Source of the DNA: Candidatus Lutacidiplasmatales archaeon
GTDB lineage: Archaea > Thermoplasmatota > Thermoplasmata > Lutacidiplasmatales > UBA184
DNA: 64,000 bases
Direction: 5' to 3'
NCBI GenBank assembly: GCA_044451945.1
Contig: JBIOKR010000003.1
Location: 20,605-84,604 of the forward strand
Positions 18,586-27,951 of this stretch are shown piece after piece (position 1 is the first letter of the stretch; each line of letters opens with the position of its first letter). The notes beneath the pieces were generated by a model. The model did no database searches, was not told the DNA's origin, and worked only from the letters and a program-made list of their open reading frames with translations. The position numbers were made by a program, and so were the translations under genes.

Positions 18586-20163
18586 GTGATGGGACCGGTG
18601 CCGTGGCAGTTCCTTCCCGAGGTCGTCCTCCTCGGGGGAGCGCTGCTCATCTTCCTCCTCGATGCCCTCGACTTGGGCCGGACGGAGCTTCTCGGCGGGA
18701 TCGCCGTCGCGACGAGCGCGCTCTCCCTTCTGCTCGTCGTCGCGGACCTGGGCTTCGCCCCGCTCGCGTTCGCGCGCAGCCTGCCCGCAGGCAGCCTGGA
18801 CGCGGGCGCAGACCCGGCCCTCCTCTACGCGTTCTCCAGCCTCGGGCTGATCTTCCAGGGGATCTTCCTCTCGAGCGCCTTCCTGGTCGCCTTGGCATCG
18901 ATCTCCCGCCCGTCGCGGGAGAAGGGCGCGGCGATCTTCTTCGGCCTCCTCCTGCTCGCCACCCTCGGGATGATGCTCGCGGCGCTCGCCGCCGACCTCA
19001 TCTTCCTGCTCATCGCCGTCGAGGTGACCGGCATCTCCTCCTACGTGATGGTCGGCTACCTTCGCAAGGACCCGCGCGGCATGGAGGCCGCGATGAAGTT
19101 CTTCATCATCGGGGCGCTCTCCACCGCGCTCTCCTTCTTCGGGGCGTCGCTCCTGTTCGGCGCCTTCGGTTCGACGAGCTTTCCCGTCCTCTCCGACCGG
19201 GGGCTCACCCTCGGCCTGCCCGCGCTCGCCCTGCTCGGCTACGGGCTCGTCATCGCCGGGCTCGCGTTCAAGGTGACGCTGGTGCCGTTCCACATGTGGG
19301 CGGTCGACGTGTACGACGGCGCACCGACCGACGTCTCGGCGTTCCTGGCGGGGGGGACCAAGAAGCTCGGGATCTTCGCGTTCCTTCTCGTGTTCATCGG
19401 TCCGGTCGCGCTGTTCGCCTCGCGGGGCGGCGCGGTCTGCGCGGGCGCCTCGAGCTGTCTGCCCGCCTACAACCTCGGCCCGACATTGCAGCTGACGCTC
19501 GGCATCATGGCCGTTTTGACGATGACGATCGGCAACGTGCTCGCGCTCCTCCAGAAGGAGATGAAGCGGATGCTCGCCTATTCATCGATCTCCCAGGCCG
19601 GCTACATGATGATCGGCATCGCCATCGGGAGCGCCCCGGCCGTCGCCGGCGCCACCTTCCAGGTGCTCGCGCACGTCTTCATGAAAGCCGGCGCCTTCCT
19701 CGTCGTCGCGGGGGTCGCCGGGATCGGCGTCGGCCCGCTCATCAGCGACTGGAAGGGGCTCGGCAACCGCCGCCCGATGACGTCGGTCGCCTTTGCGCTC
19801 ATGCTGTTGTCCCTCGCCGGGATCCCGCTCACCGTCGGCTTCGTCTCGAAGTTCGTGCTATTCTCCGCCGCCGTCTATGCGCAGGGGCCGTTCATCTACC
19901 TCGCCATCGCCGGCCTCCTGAACAGCGCGCTTTCCGTCTTCTACTACGCGAGGGTCCTCAAGGTCGTCTTCATGGACGGCCAGGACCCTCCGAACGCCGT
20001 GCCGGAGCCCGCCTCCGTGCTCCCCGCCGGAGGTCTCGGCTACGGGCGGGCGGGGGCTATCGCGATCGCCTGCGTCGCGATCGTCGCCCTCGGGGTCTAC
20101 CCGCAGCCCGTCCTCTCCGCGATCCAGGCGGCGGCGCAGCATTTCGTGCTGACCGGGGCGTAG
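18586..20163 (+). CDS. nuoN: complex I-type antiporter-like subunit N
   Basis: 525 aa with VPFHMWAVDVYDGAPTDVSAFLAGGTKK and AYSSISQAGYMMIG. Confidence 0.92.
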   Translation: MMGPVPWQFLPEVVLLGGALLIFLLDALDLGRTELLGGIAVATSALSLLLVVADLGFAPLAFARSLPAGSLDAGADPALLYAFSSLGLIFQGIFLSSAFLVALASISRPSREKGAAIFFGLLLLATLGMMLAALAADLIFLLIAVEVTGISSYVMVGYLRKDPRGMEAAMKFFIIGALSTALSFFGASLLFGAFGSTSFPVLSDRGLTLGLPALALLGYGLVIAGLAFKVTLVPFHMWAVDVYDGAPTDVSAFLAGGTKKLGIFAFLLVFIGPVALFASRGGAVCAGASSCLPAYNLGPTLQLTLGIMAVLTMTIGNVLALLQKEMKRMLAYSSISQAGYMMIGIAIGSAPAVAGATFQVLAHVFMKAGAFLVVAGVAGIGVGPLISDWKGLGNRRPMTSVAFALMLLSLAGIPLTVGFVSKFVLFSAAVYAQGPFIYLAIAGLLNSALSVFYYARVLKVVFMDGQDPPNAVPEPASVLPAGGLGYGRAGAIAIACVAIVALGVYPQPVLSAIQAAAQHFVLTGA

Positions 20164-20167
20164 ACCG

Positions 20168-21268
20168 ATGGACCGCTACGACGTCGTGGTCGTCGGGGCG
20201 GGGCCGGCGGGTTCTTCGGCCGCCCGATTCGCCTCGGCGGGTGGGGCGCGCACCCTATTAGTCGACCAGCGCGAGATGCTGGGAGCCCCCGTCCAGTGCG
20301 GGGAGTTCCTGCCGGCCCCCCACGAGCTCGTCGACCTTCTGGGTTGCCGCTCGGTGATCGAGGAGGCGTACCGGATCCCTCCCGAGACCGTACTGCGGCG
20401 CACGAGCACGATGGCGTGCGTCTCGCCCTACGGCCACCGCTACACGTTCCCCCTAGAAGGGATGTCCGTCTCCCGCCGCGCCTTCGACCAGGCTCTCGCG
20501 AGCGACGCCCAGAAGGCAGGAGCCGAGCTTCGTTACCCGGCGGGAGTGACGAAGGTCCGCGATGAGGTCGTCGAGTTCGCGCGCGGGCCGAGCGCCTCGG
20601 GGAAGGTCATCATCGGAGCCGACGGACCGGTCTCCACGGTCGCGCGGGGGTTCGGGTTTGCCCCGGAGCGCGAGCTGTTCCGGATGATCACCGCGAGCGT
20701 CCAAGGCTCCTTTCCCCCGGAGATCGCCCTCTACTTCGGCCGCGTTGCTCCCGGCGGCTACGCCTGGGTCATCCCGAAGGACGGCGAGGCGAACGTCGGG
20801 CTCGGCGTGACCCATCTGCCAAGTGGGCAGGGGCTGAGCGCGCTGCTCGACCGGTTCCTCGCGAAGGAACATCTCGGCCCCGCGAAGGAGCGCACCCGCT
20901 GGTGGGTGCCGGTCGGCGCCCCGCCGGAGAGCGCGGTCCGGGGCCGAGCGATGTTCTGCGGGGACGCCGCGAACCTCGTCATGGCGACCAACGGCGCCGG
21001 CATTCCGAGCGCGATGCTCTCCGGACGGGACGCCGGGGTCGTCGCCGCGGCCCACGTCGCCGACGGGACGCCCCTCGCCGAGTACGACCGGCTCCTCGCG
21101 GAGCACCTCAACGGACCGCTCGCACGGGCCCACCGGGTCAAGGAGTTCGGGGACCGGGTGGTGGGCAACGACCTCCTCCTGGCCCTCGGAATGCGATATA
21201 TCGGCTCGAAAGGTCTCGATTCGATGATGCGGCTGCGCTGGCCCTCCCGGTTGCGAGGGAACTCATGA
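20168..21268 (+). CDS. geranylgeranyl reductase family FAD-dependent oxidoreductase
   Basis: 366 aa with Rossmann motif YDVVVVGAGPAGSSAA, a CGE motif (PVQCGEFLP), and IIGADGPVSTVAR. Starts 4 nt after nuoN. Confidence 0.85.
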   Translation: MDRYDVVVVGAGPAGSSAARFASAGGARTLLVDQREMLGAPVQCGEFLPAPHELVDLLGCRSVIEEAYRIPPETVLRRTSTMACVSPYGHRYTFPLEGMSVSRRAFDQALASDAQKAGAELRYPAGVTKVRDEVVEFARGPSASGKVIIGADGPVSTVARGFGFAPERELFRMITASVQGSFPPEIALYFGRVAPGGYAWVIPKDGEANVGLGVTHLPSGQGLSALLDRFLAKEHLGPAKERTRWWVPVGAPPESAVRGRAMFCGDAANLVMATNGAGIPSAMLSGRDAGVVAAAHVADGTPLAEYDRLLAEHLNGPLARAHRVKEFGDRVVGNDLLLALGMRYIGSKGLDSMMRLRWPSRLRGNS

Positions 21269-22317
21269 CCTCGCCCCCTACCGAGCCGGGGGAGCTTCCG
21301 TTCGAGACCCTCGTCGGCCAGACGATCGGCGAAGAGGCGGTCCACGACCTGGCCCCGCTGCTCCCGGTGCTCGCCGCGGACCTCGCCGACATCGACCGAC
21401 GCCTCACGACGATGCTGCGCTCGACGTATCCCCAGCTCACGAACGCCGCCACCTACGCCTGCAACACCGGCGGAAAGAGGGTCCGTCCGCTCCTCATGGT
21501 CGCCGTGCACCGCGGCCTGGGCGCGACCACGACGACGGCGATCCACTCGCTTGCCGCCGCCTTCCAGCTGATCCACACCGCGACGCTCGTCCACGACGAC
21601 GTCATCGATCACGCCGAGATGCGGCGCGGCCGGCCGTCGATGCCGAGGGCCTTCGGGCTTCCCGCCGCCATTGTCTCCGGCGACTACCTGTTCGTGCGCG
21701 CCTTCGAGCTCGCCGCGGACTATCCCAAGGAGATCATCCTGCGATGCGGCGAGGCGTGCGCCGACCTGGTCGAGGGGGAGGTCCTGCAGGAGACCGGACG
21801 CTTCGACCTCACGAGGGGCCAGGAGCATTACTACCGGGTGATCGAGCGAAAGACCGCGGCGCTCATCGCCGCCTCGCTCGCGAGCGTCGCGGTGATCGCG
21901 GGCGCCGAGCCGTCGGTCGTCGACGCCTGCGGAGCCTACGGGCGCTCGTTGGGGATCGCCTTCCAGATCAAGGACGATCTCCTCGACCTCTACGGCGACC
22001 CGGACCTCTTGGGAAAGCCGCTCTACGCCGACCTGCGCGAGGGGAACCCGACGTTGGTCTCGCTCGAGGCGTACAACCACCTCGAACCGACGAAACGCGC
22101 CGAGTTCGAGCGGCTGTTCGCCCAGCGCCGAAAGCAGCCCGGCGACCTATTGCGCCTCAAGGCGCTCACCGATGAGACCGGGGCACCACAGCGGGTCGCG
22201 GACGAAGCCCAGCGCTGGGCGGAGCGGGCCGTCCACTCCCTCGAGCCCCTCGCGGATTCCCCCTACCGACAGCTGCTCGTCTCCGCGGCCCGGGGCGCCG
22301 CCGCCCGTCGATTCTAG
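21265..22317 (+). CDS. polyprenyl diphosphate synthase (trans-isoprenyl, chain length unknown)
   Basis: ATG 21265 overlaps the upstream stop (ATGA). First Asp-rich motif is LVHDDVIDHAEMRRGRPS and the second is FQIKDDLLDLYGD. The track ORF 20902 start is a read-through. Confidence 0.88.
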   Translation: MTSPPTEPGELPFETLVGQTIGEEAVHDLAPLLPVLAADLADIDRRLTTMLRSTYPQLTNAATYACNTGGKRVRPLLMVAVHRGLGATTTTAIHSLAAAFQLIHTATLVHDDVIDHAEMRRGRPSMPRAFGLPAAIVSGDYLFVRAFELAADYPKEIILRCGEACADLVEGEVLQETGRFDLTRGQEHYYRVIERKTAALIAASLASVAVIAGAEPSVVDACGAYGRSLGIAFQIKDDLLDLYGDPDLLGKPLYADLREGNPTLVSLEAYNHLEPTKRAEFERLFAQRRKQPGDLLRLKALTDETGAPQRVADEAQRWAERAVHSLEPLADSPYRQLLVSAARGAAARRF

Positions 22318-22467
22318 CGGCCGGTCGCCCGCCGAGACCCACGCGCACCGACCTCCCCGCCGAGAGGGAGTGGGCCGGTCCACGGGTCGACCCCTGCTGG
22401 GTTCCCCCGCCTCGAGCGAAACCTACAAGTCCCGCCCGTAGGCTGGATTCCCCGGAGGGGCCAACCG

Positions 22468-22947
22468 ATGAGTGGAGCCGCGCATCCGCGGAGCAGCGTG
22501 CACGCCCGGGCCCATCCCGCGAGTGAAGAAGCCCCCGCCGAGGTCCAGCATCTTCCCCCCCATTGGCAACCCGCCCAGGTGCGCCCGTCCCTGCCGGTCG
22601 GGGTCGGACTCCTGTCCGTCGGGATTGCCCTCATCGGACTCTTCGTCCTCCTCTCCGGGGCTCTCTACCTGTTGAACGTCTACGCGGGCACCGTCGTTCC
22701 GTCCCAGCTTCTGGTGATCCAGGACGTGAGCCCGGTCGGTGCGGCGATCCTGGTCGTGCTCGGCGCGGCGTTCCTGAGCCTGGCGAGCGCGCTGTGGGAC
22801 CGCGAGGCGTGGGCACTCTACACGACCGTCGCCGTCCTCTTCCTCGCCCTCGCCTACCTGTTCTTCACCGCGTCGATCACGGTCCTCTTCCTCGTAGTCC
22901 TCGTCCTCTTCGTGTACCTCCTGACCGTCCGCCATCACTTCGTCTGA
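22468..22947 (+). CDS. multi-pass membrane protein, paralog of 46302..46772
   Basis: 159 aa with about 4 TM helices. The C-terminus LVLFVYLLTVRHHFV matches LLLVYLLAVSRHFT of the other copy, and SALWDREAWAL matches SGLWNLRQWAL. Confidence 0.6.
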   Translation: MSGAAHPRSSVHARAHPASEEAPAEVQHLPPHWQPAQVRPSLPVGVGLLSVGIALIGLFVLLSGALYLLNVYAGTVVPSQLLVIQDVSPVGAAILVVLGAAFLSLASALWDREAWALYTTVAVLFLALAYLFFTASITVLFLVVLVLFVYLLTVRHHFV

Positions 22948-23795
22948 TGCGGATACTCCTCGGCCAGCTTGCCCCAACGCCGGGGGATTTGGCGGGCAAT
23001 GTCGACCGGATCCATCGCACGCTCACCGGCCACCCGGCGGAGCTTGCGGTCTTCCCGGAGCTGTTCGTCACGGGATATCGCGTCGGGGACCGGGTCCATC
23101 AACTCGCCCTTAAGGAGGGCGATTCAACGTGGCAAGCGCTGCACGAACTCGCCCGGCAGCATCACAGCTCGATCGTCGTCGGCGCCCCCGTCCGTTCTCC
23201 GGAGCGCCCGGGGGAGGTGCAGAACGCCGCTCTGCTGTTCCATCCGGACGGATCGATGGAGCGCCAGGTGAAGCGGTTCCTCCCGACGTACGGGCCCTTC
23301 GAGGAGGGGAGCTTCTTCACCCCGACCGACCGCAGCCAGGCCGTGCACATCTCCGGCCGGCCCGTCGGGCTGCTAATCTGCTACGACGCCTTCTTCCCCG
23401 AGGTCTCCCGGGAGCTCGCCCTCGCCGGCGCCGAGCTCCTGATCGTGATCTCTGCCTCCCCGGTCACTTCCCGCCGGCTCTTCGAGAAGGTGCTTGCCGC
23501 CCGCGCCGTCGAGAACGCCTGCCCCTTGCTCTACGTCAACCGCGTCGGGGTCGAGGACGGCGTGGTCTTCGGCGGAGGGAGTGTCGGCTTCGACCCGCGG
23601 GGCGAGCCCTTGCCCTTCGAGTCGCACCCGGTCCCCGACGGAGAACCCGAGGAGGCGATCTTTACCGGTTCCCTGGAGCTCGAGGAGGCCGCCCGGTGGC
23701 GTCCGTGGCGGCCCGTGCTTCGCGACGTGGCGAGCCGCCCCCCGCGCGAGCCCTCTCACCCTTCAAGTTCGCCGACTCGAGCGGACCGCTTATAG
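22947..23795 (+). CDS. carbon-nitrogen hydrolase (nitrilase superfamily)
   Basis: ATG overlaps the upstream stop (TGATG). The Glu-Lys-Cys triad contexts are [18 protein letters not shown] and [12 protein letters not shown]. Confidence 0.88.
   Translation: MRILLGQLAPTPGDLAGNVDRIHRTLTGHPAELAVFPELFVTGYRVGDRVHQLALKEGDSTWQALHELARQHHSSIVVGAPVRSPERPGEVQNAALLFHPDGSMERQVKRFLPTYGPFEEGSFFTPTDRSQAVHISGRPVGLLICYDAFFPEVSRELALAGAELLIVISASPVTSRRLFEKVLAARAVENACPLLYVNRVGVEDGVVFGGGSVGFDPRGEPLPFESHPVPDGEPEEAIFTGSLELEEAARWRPWRPVLRDVASRPPREPSHPSSSPTRADRL
23790..23795 (+). promoter_or_regulatory. TATA-like box (TTATAG) about 32 nt upstream of the top6B ATG
   Basis: A/T hexamer overlapping the stop codon of the hydrolase gene, with leaderless-type spacing to ATG 23825. 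Confidence 0.4.
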
Positions 23796-23824
23796 CCGAA
23801 CGGCCTCGTTTCCCTGACGTGCCG

Positions 23825-25825
23825 ATGGCCCGGACCCTCGCCGAGCAGCTCGCGTCGAAACAGCGCGAGATCAGCGTCGCCGAGTTCTTCGAGCGCAACC
23901 GGCAGATCCTCGGCTTCGACAACCCCACCCGCGCCCTCCTGACGACCGTCAAGGAGGCGGTCGACAACGCGCTCGACGCCTGCGAGGAGGCCCACGTCCT
24001 CCCGGAGATCCGCGTCGAGATATCGAAGGAGGGCGCCGAGCGGCTCAAGGTCACCGTCGAGGACAACGGCCCCGGGATCCTCCGCCGGGAGATCCCGAAC
24101 GTATTCGGTCGGCTCCTTTACGGCTCCCGGTTCCACGCCAACCGGCAGGCCCGCGGCCAGCAGGGGATCGGCATCTCTGCGGCGGTGCTCTACGCCGGTC
24201 TGACCACCGCGCGACCGGTCCAGATCACCTCGAAGGTCGCGGAGGAGGAGGCCGCGCACGTCCTCGATTTGCTCATCGACACCCAGAAGAACCAACCGAA
24301 GGTCGTGCACGAGGACCTCCTGCTCTGGGACCGGCCGTCGGGGACCCGGGTCGAGCTGCTCCTCAAGGCGAAGTACGTCCGGGGTCGGCAGTCCCCGTTC
24401 GACTACCTTCGGGGCACGGCGATCGTCAACCCGCACGCCCGCATCGTGCTCGTGGAGCCGGACGGGACCCGCGTCACCTACGAACGGGTCTCCCAGGAGG
24501 TTCCGCCGGTGCCGAAGGAGGTGGCCCCCCACCCCTACGGGCTCGAGCTCGGTGAGTTGAGCTATCTCCTCAAGTCGTCGCGGCGCCCGACGACCGCCGA
24601 GGTGATCGCCAGGGACCTTTCGGGGGTCTCCAGCCGTGCCCTTAGGGAGGTGCTCACCCACGCCGGGCTCACCGGGAAGGAGAAACCGAACGACCTCCCT
24701 GGCGAGGAGCTCGAGCGCCTCTTGGCGGCGCTGCACGCGGTCCCCCTCGTCGCCCCCTCGAGTGAGTCGCTCTCACCGATCGGCTCGCTGCTCATCAAGC
24801 GGGGTTTGCGCAACGTCCTGGGGGACGTTCGCCCCGACTTCTTCGCCCCGCCCGTGAGCCGGCCCCCGAAGGTACGGGGCGGATTCCCGTTCCTCGTCGA
24901 GGTCGGCCTGGTCTACGGCGGCGGACTTGCCGCCGACCAGCCGCTCCAGCTCTACCGATTTGCGAATCGGGTCCCGCTGCTCTTCCAGCAGGGCGCCTGC
25001 GCGATCACCAACGCGGTCTCCAAGCTCGACTGGCGAAGGTACGGCCTCGACCAGCGCGGCGGCGAGGGACTTCCGACCGGGCCCTGCCTTCTGCTCGTCC
25101 ACGTCGCCTCCACCAAGATCCCCTTCACTTCCGAGGCGAAAGAGGCGGTCGCCGAGGACCCCGAGATCGACCGGGAGCTCACCCTCGCCCTGCAGGCGGC
25201 CGCCCGCCATCTCAAGACCCATCTCTCGCGCCGAAGCCGTCGGGACTTCGCCTCCGAGAAGTTCGCGATCATCCTCAAGATCCTTCCGAAGCTCGCCGAG
25301 AAGACGAGCGCGCTCGTCGGAAAACCGGTCCCCGATCTCATCCCGGTGATCACCAAGATCATGGACATCGTCAACTTCGACGTGACCGTCACCGCCGAGG
25401 CGGGCGGGGTGGAGGTTCGCACCGAGGTGACGAACTACACGCCGAGGGCGCGCGTTCTCGAGGCGTTCATAGAGCTCGCTCCCGAGCTCCTGCCCCTCGC
25501 CACCTTCACCCCGAAACCGGACGGGACCGACCCCGAGCTCGGGCGGGCCTGGTGGACGCTCAAGAAGCTCGCGCCGCACGAGCGGACGACGGTGAGCGCG
25601 CGCTTCCCCCCGAAGACCGAGGTAGATGCTTCGGACCTGCCGTGGTACGTGGCGGGGGTCGACGAGTCCCGACTTCTCGGCGCCGAGGCGCTTCCGGGCG
25701 ATTGGGACGTCCGGCTTCCGCGCGCCGTCATCGAGGCCGGCGAGGAGGTCCCCGAGCCCGGGGAGGAGGTCGAGGTCGATTACGATGCCGCGGAACGCAA
25801 GGAAAAAGTCAGCGACGACGAGTGA
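23825..25825 (+). CDS. top6B: DNA topoisomerase VI subunit B
   Basis: Internal ATG of track ORF 23129..25825. Starts [34 protein letters not shown], with Bergerat ATPase boxes EAVDNALDA and DNGPGI. Confidence 0.95.
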   Translation: MARTLAEQLASKQREISVAEFFERNRQILGFDNPTRALLTTVKEAVDNALDACEEAHVLPEIRVEISKEGAERLKVTVEDNGPGILRREIPNVFGRLLYGSRFHANRQARGQQGIGISAAVLYAGLTTARPVQITSKVAEEEAAHVLDLLIDTQKNQPKVVHEDLLLWDRPSGTRVELLLKAKYVRGRQSPFDYLRGTAIVNPHARIVLVEPDGTRVTYERVSQEVPPVPKEVAPHPYGLELGELSYLLKSSRRPTTAEVIARDLSGVSSRALREVLTHAGLTGKEKPNDLPGEELERLLAALHAVPLVAPSSESLSPIGSLLIKRGLRNVLGDVRPDFFAPPVSRPPKVRGGFPFLVEVGLVYGGGLAADQPLQLYRFANRVPLLFQQGACAITNAVSKLDWRRYGLDQRGGEGLPTGPCLLLVHVASTKIPFTSEAKEAVAEDPEIDRELTLALQAAARHLKTHLSRRSRRDFASEKFAIILKILPKLAEKTSALVGKPVPDLIPVITKIMDIVNFDVTVTAEAGGVEVRTEVTNYTPRARVLEAFIELAPELLPLATFTPKPDGTDPELGRAWWTLKKLAPHERTTVSARFPPKTEVDASDLPWYVAGVDESRLLGAEALPGDWDVRLPRAVIEAGEEVPEPGEEVEVDYDAAERKEKVSDDE

Positions 25826-26924
25826 GGAACCCGGGGACCCGCGCGCGAGGGAGGCCCTGAAGCCGACGCTCACGCTCGCCCGCGAGATCTACGACCAGCT
25901 CGACCGGGGGGAGATCCCCCGGATGCGCCTTCCGCTGCGCACCAAGCAGAACATCGAGTTCCAGATGCGGGACGGGGTCTGGAAGCTCGGCCGCGCGCTC
26001 GGCACCCGCAGCGCCCGCAAGCTCGATGGGGCGCTGATGCTGCTCCGGACGTTCTACCTGGTCGAGTTCATCAACGAGATGGCCCGCACCAACAAGACGT
26101 CGACCCTCCGTGAGCTCTACTACATCTCGGAGGGCTGGGAGGACTCCAAGTTCCACAGCGAGGACGAGTCGAACCTGCTCATCGAGGACTTGGAGGTCCT
26201 CTGCGAGCGGCTGCGCGAGGACTTCCGGCTGCACCCCGAGGAGAACGGGGCGTCGGTGATCGGCGACCTGACGCTCAAGGAGCGCAACCGCAAGGGGGTC
26301 GTCAAGCGGATCAACTGCCGGGACGACGTCGGCGACGGCGGCTACGCGCTCCCGTACAACGTCGAGAAGGAGAAGATCGAGTTCGAGAAGACGGGCGCGA
26401 AGTTCGTCATCGCCATCGAGTGCGGCGGGATGGTCGACCGGCTGGCCGAGAACGGTTTCGACGAGCAGCACGACGCGATCCTTTTGCACCTCAAGGGCCA
26501 GCCGGCGCGCTCCACCCGACGGTTCCTCAAGCGCCTGCACGAGGAGCTGGATCTACCGGTGGTCGTGTTCACCGACGGCGATCCCTGGTCGTTCCGCATC
26601 TTCGCGAGCGTCGCCTTTGGCGCCGTCAAGACCGCCCACATCTCACAGTATCTCGCCACCCCCGGGGCCGAGTTCCTGGGCGTCACCGCCTCCGACATCG
26701 AGAACTACGACCTCCCCTCCGACAAGCTCTCCGAGCAGGACATCAAGGCGCTCCAGGCCGAGTTGACCGACCCGCGCTTCAAGACCGCGGACTGGCGGAG
26801 CGAGATCGAGCTCATGCTGAAGAACGGCAAGAAGGCCGAGCAGCAATCGCTCGCGAAGTACGGCCTCAATTACGTCACGGACACCTATCTCCCGGAGAAG
26901 CTCACCGAGATGGGCGTGCTCTGA
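25785..26924 (+). CDS. top6A: DNA topoisomerase VI subunit A (Spo11-like)
   Basis: ATG 25785 gives a 41-nt overlap with top6B. Catalytic Tyr context is TLRELYYIS, with Toprim motifs FVIAIECGG and [13 protein letters not shown]. Confidence 0.95.
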   Translation: MPRNARKKSATTSEEPGDPRAREALKPTLTLAREIYDQLDRGEIPRMRLPLRTKQNIEFQMRDGVWKLGRALGTRSARKLDGALMLLRTFYLVEFINEMARTNKTSTLRELYYISEGWEDSKFHSEDESNLLIEDLEVLCERLREDFRLHPEENGASVIGDLTLKERNRKGVVKRINCRDDVGDGGYALPYNVEKEKIEFEKTGAKFVIAIECGGMVDRLAENGFDEQHDAILLHLKGQPARSTRRFLKRLHEELDLPVVVFTDGDPWSFRIFASVAFGAVKTAHISQYLATPGAEFLGVTASDIENYDLPSDKLSEQDIKALQAELTDPRFKTADWRSEIELMLKNGKKAEQQSLAKYGLNYVTDTYLPEKLTEMGVL

Positions 26925-26952
26925 AGGGGCCGACCTCGGGCCCACCCGCGGG

Positions 26953-27369
26953 TCAGGCCGTCGCGAGCGCCGAGAGCCCGGGGGCGCTCAGCAACCGGTC
27001 GGCGAACTCCACCGGGACGTAGAGGTAGCTTCCGGAGGGGAGCACGGTGCGTCGCCAGTCGACCCCCTGCTCGCGGAACTCCGTCTTGCCGGCGGCGGCC
27101 TCGAGCGCGCTACCGGTCGCCCGGGGCCCGCCGGTCCCCCCGTCCCGGGCGATCCTGAGCGCATCCGCGGAAAGATCGTAGATGAGCCACTCCCTCGGGA
27201 CGGCGACGCGCAGGTGGACGAGGTTCGGCCGGAGCTTCGCCTCGCTGACCGTCTCGGTCCTCGAGAAGACAACGACCTCGAGGCCCTCGAGGGAGACCTG
27301 GCGCTCGAAGGCGAAGCTCTTGAGCTCGAACTCGAGCAGGTTCATCTCGAGCTCGGAGTCTTCGACCAT
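26953..27369 (-). CDS. hypothetical protein (139 aa)
   Basis: I prefer the internal ATG 27369 of track ORF 26953..27678 (MVEDSELEMNLLEFELKSFAFERQ...) because ATTAAGT at 27394-27400 sits about 28 nt upstream. The upstream part of the track ORF is antisense to rpl41e. No family recognised. Confidence 0.5.
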   Translation of the reverse strand: MVEDSELEMNLLEFELKSFAFERQVSLEGLEVVVFSRTETVSEAKLRPNLVHLRVAVPREWLIYDLSADALRIARDGGTGGPRATGSALEAAAGKTEFREQGVDWRRTVLPSGSYLYVPVEFADRLLSAPGLSALATA

Positions 27370-27467
27370 CGGGGGGGCGCAGGCGCCCCCGGTACTTAAT
27401 CGCGGGTGGGCTGGGCGGCCGACCCTCGGTTTCCTCTCGAAGGCCGCCGGTTTTCCGCCGGGCAAAC

Positions 27468-27474
27468 TTATAAA
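27468..27474 (+). promoter_or_regulatory. TATA box (TTATAAA) for rpl41e
   Basis: Consensus-like TATA about 45 nt upstream of ATG 27515 in a divergent spacer. Confidence 0.5.
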
Positions 27475-27514
27475 CGGCGGAAAGTAGCCCCGCGCGTCCT
27501 CGGAAGCCCCCCGC

Positions 27515-27622
27515 ATGAAACGTAGTTCCCGCGTATGGAAGAAGCGCGGCCACATGCGGTGGAAATGGCGGAAGAAGCGGATGCGCCGACGCATGCGCGC
27601 CCAGAAGATGCGTAAGCAGTAG
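27515..27622 (+). CDS. rpl41e: 50S ribosomal protein L41e (35 aa)
   Basis: Below the ORF-track size cutoff and found by hand: MKRSSRVWKKRGHMRWKWRKKRMRRRMRAQKMRKQ*. The extremely basic KWRKKRMRR core matches the L41e family as I recall it. Confidence 0.7.
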   Translation: MKRSSRVWKKRGHMRWKWRKKRMRRRMRAQKMRKQ

Positions 27623-27657
27623 GCGACCGGATATTGGTCGGGTCGCCCAACCTTTTC
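27623..27657 (+). terminator. hairpin plus T-run after rpl41e
   Basis: GCGACC...GGTCGC (or inner CGACC-ggatatt-GGTCG) is followed by CCTTTTC at 27651-27657, immediately after the TAG stop. Confidence 0.45.
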
Positions 27658-27720
27658 GCGCGTTCCTCGGTTCTTCAATGGGCTTAGGGCGTGCCGCCCT
27701 ACCGAGCGTTGCCGAGCGGA

Positions 27721-27951
27721 CTACCAGGTGGCGCGGTCGAGGACCCGGGCCTGCTTGGTCGCCTTCTTCCAGGCCTTGTAGTGCTCCTTGCAGAGCGGGG
27801 CGCGGTGTCCCTTCTCCGGCAGCTCCTTGAAGACCTGGCGGGCGGCGGCGAGCGCGAGGTGCCGCACCGACGGCTGGCCGCACCCGGCGACGAGGCAAGG
27901 CTCCACCGTCTCCGGTTCCGCCGAATGGCGGCGCGGCGGGGGAGCGCTCAT
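27721..27951 (-). CDS. small Cys/His zinc-finger-like protein (76 aa)
   Basis: [32 protein letters not shown]...[11 protein letters not shown] has a CxxxC...CxxH pattern and high GC3. The ATG overlaps the sucD stop (ATGA). Confidence 0.55.
   Translation of the reverse strand: MSAPPPRRHSAEPETVEPCLVAGCGQPSVRHLALAAARQVFKELPEKGHRAPLCKEHYKAWKKATKQARVLDRATW

Noticed and set aside
23129-25825. 898-aa ORF suggesting an N-terminally extended topoisomerase VI B
   Set aside because: The first 232 codons overlap the C-N hydrolase gene in another frame and look non-protein-like. The conserved Top6B N-terminus begins at ATG 23825, with a TATA-like box about 32 nt upstream.
26953-27678. 241-aa track ORF as the gene model opposite rpl41e
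   Set aside because: Its N-terminal 100 codons are the antisense of the L41e gene and promoter (MKNRGTREKV...RIFWARMRRRIRFFRHF mirrors the basic L41e codons). An internal ATG at 27369 with its own TATA-like box gives a cleaner 139-aa model.
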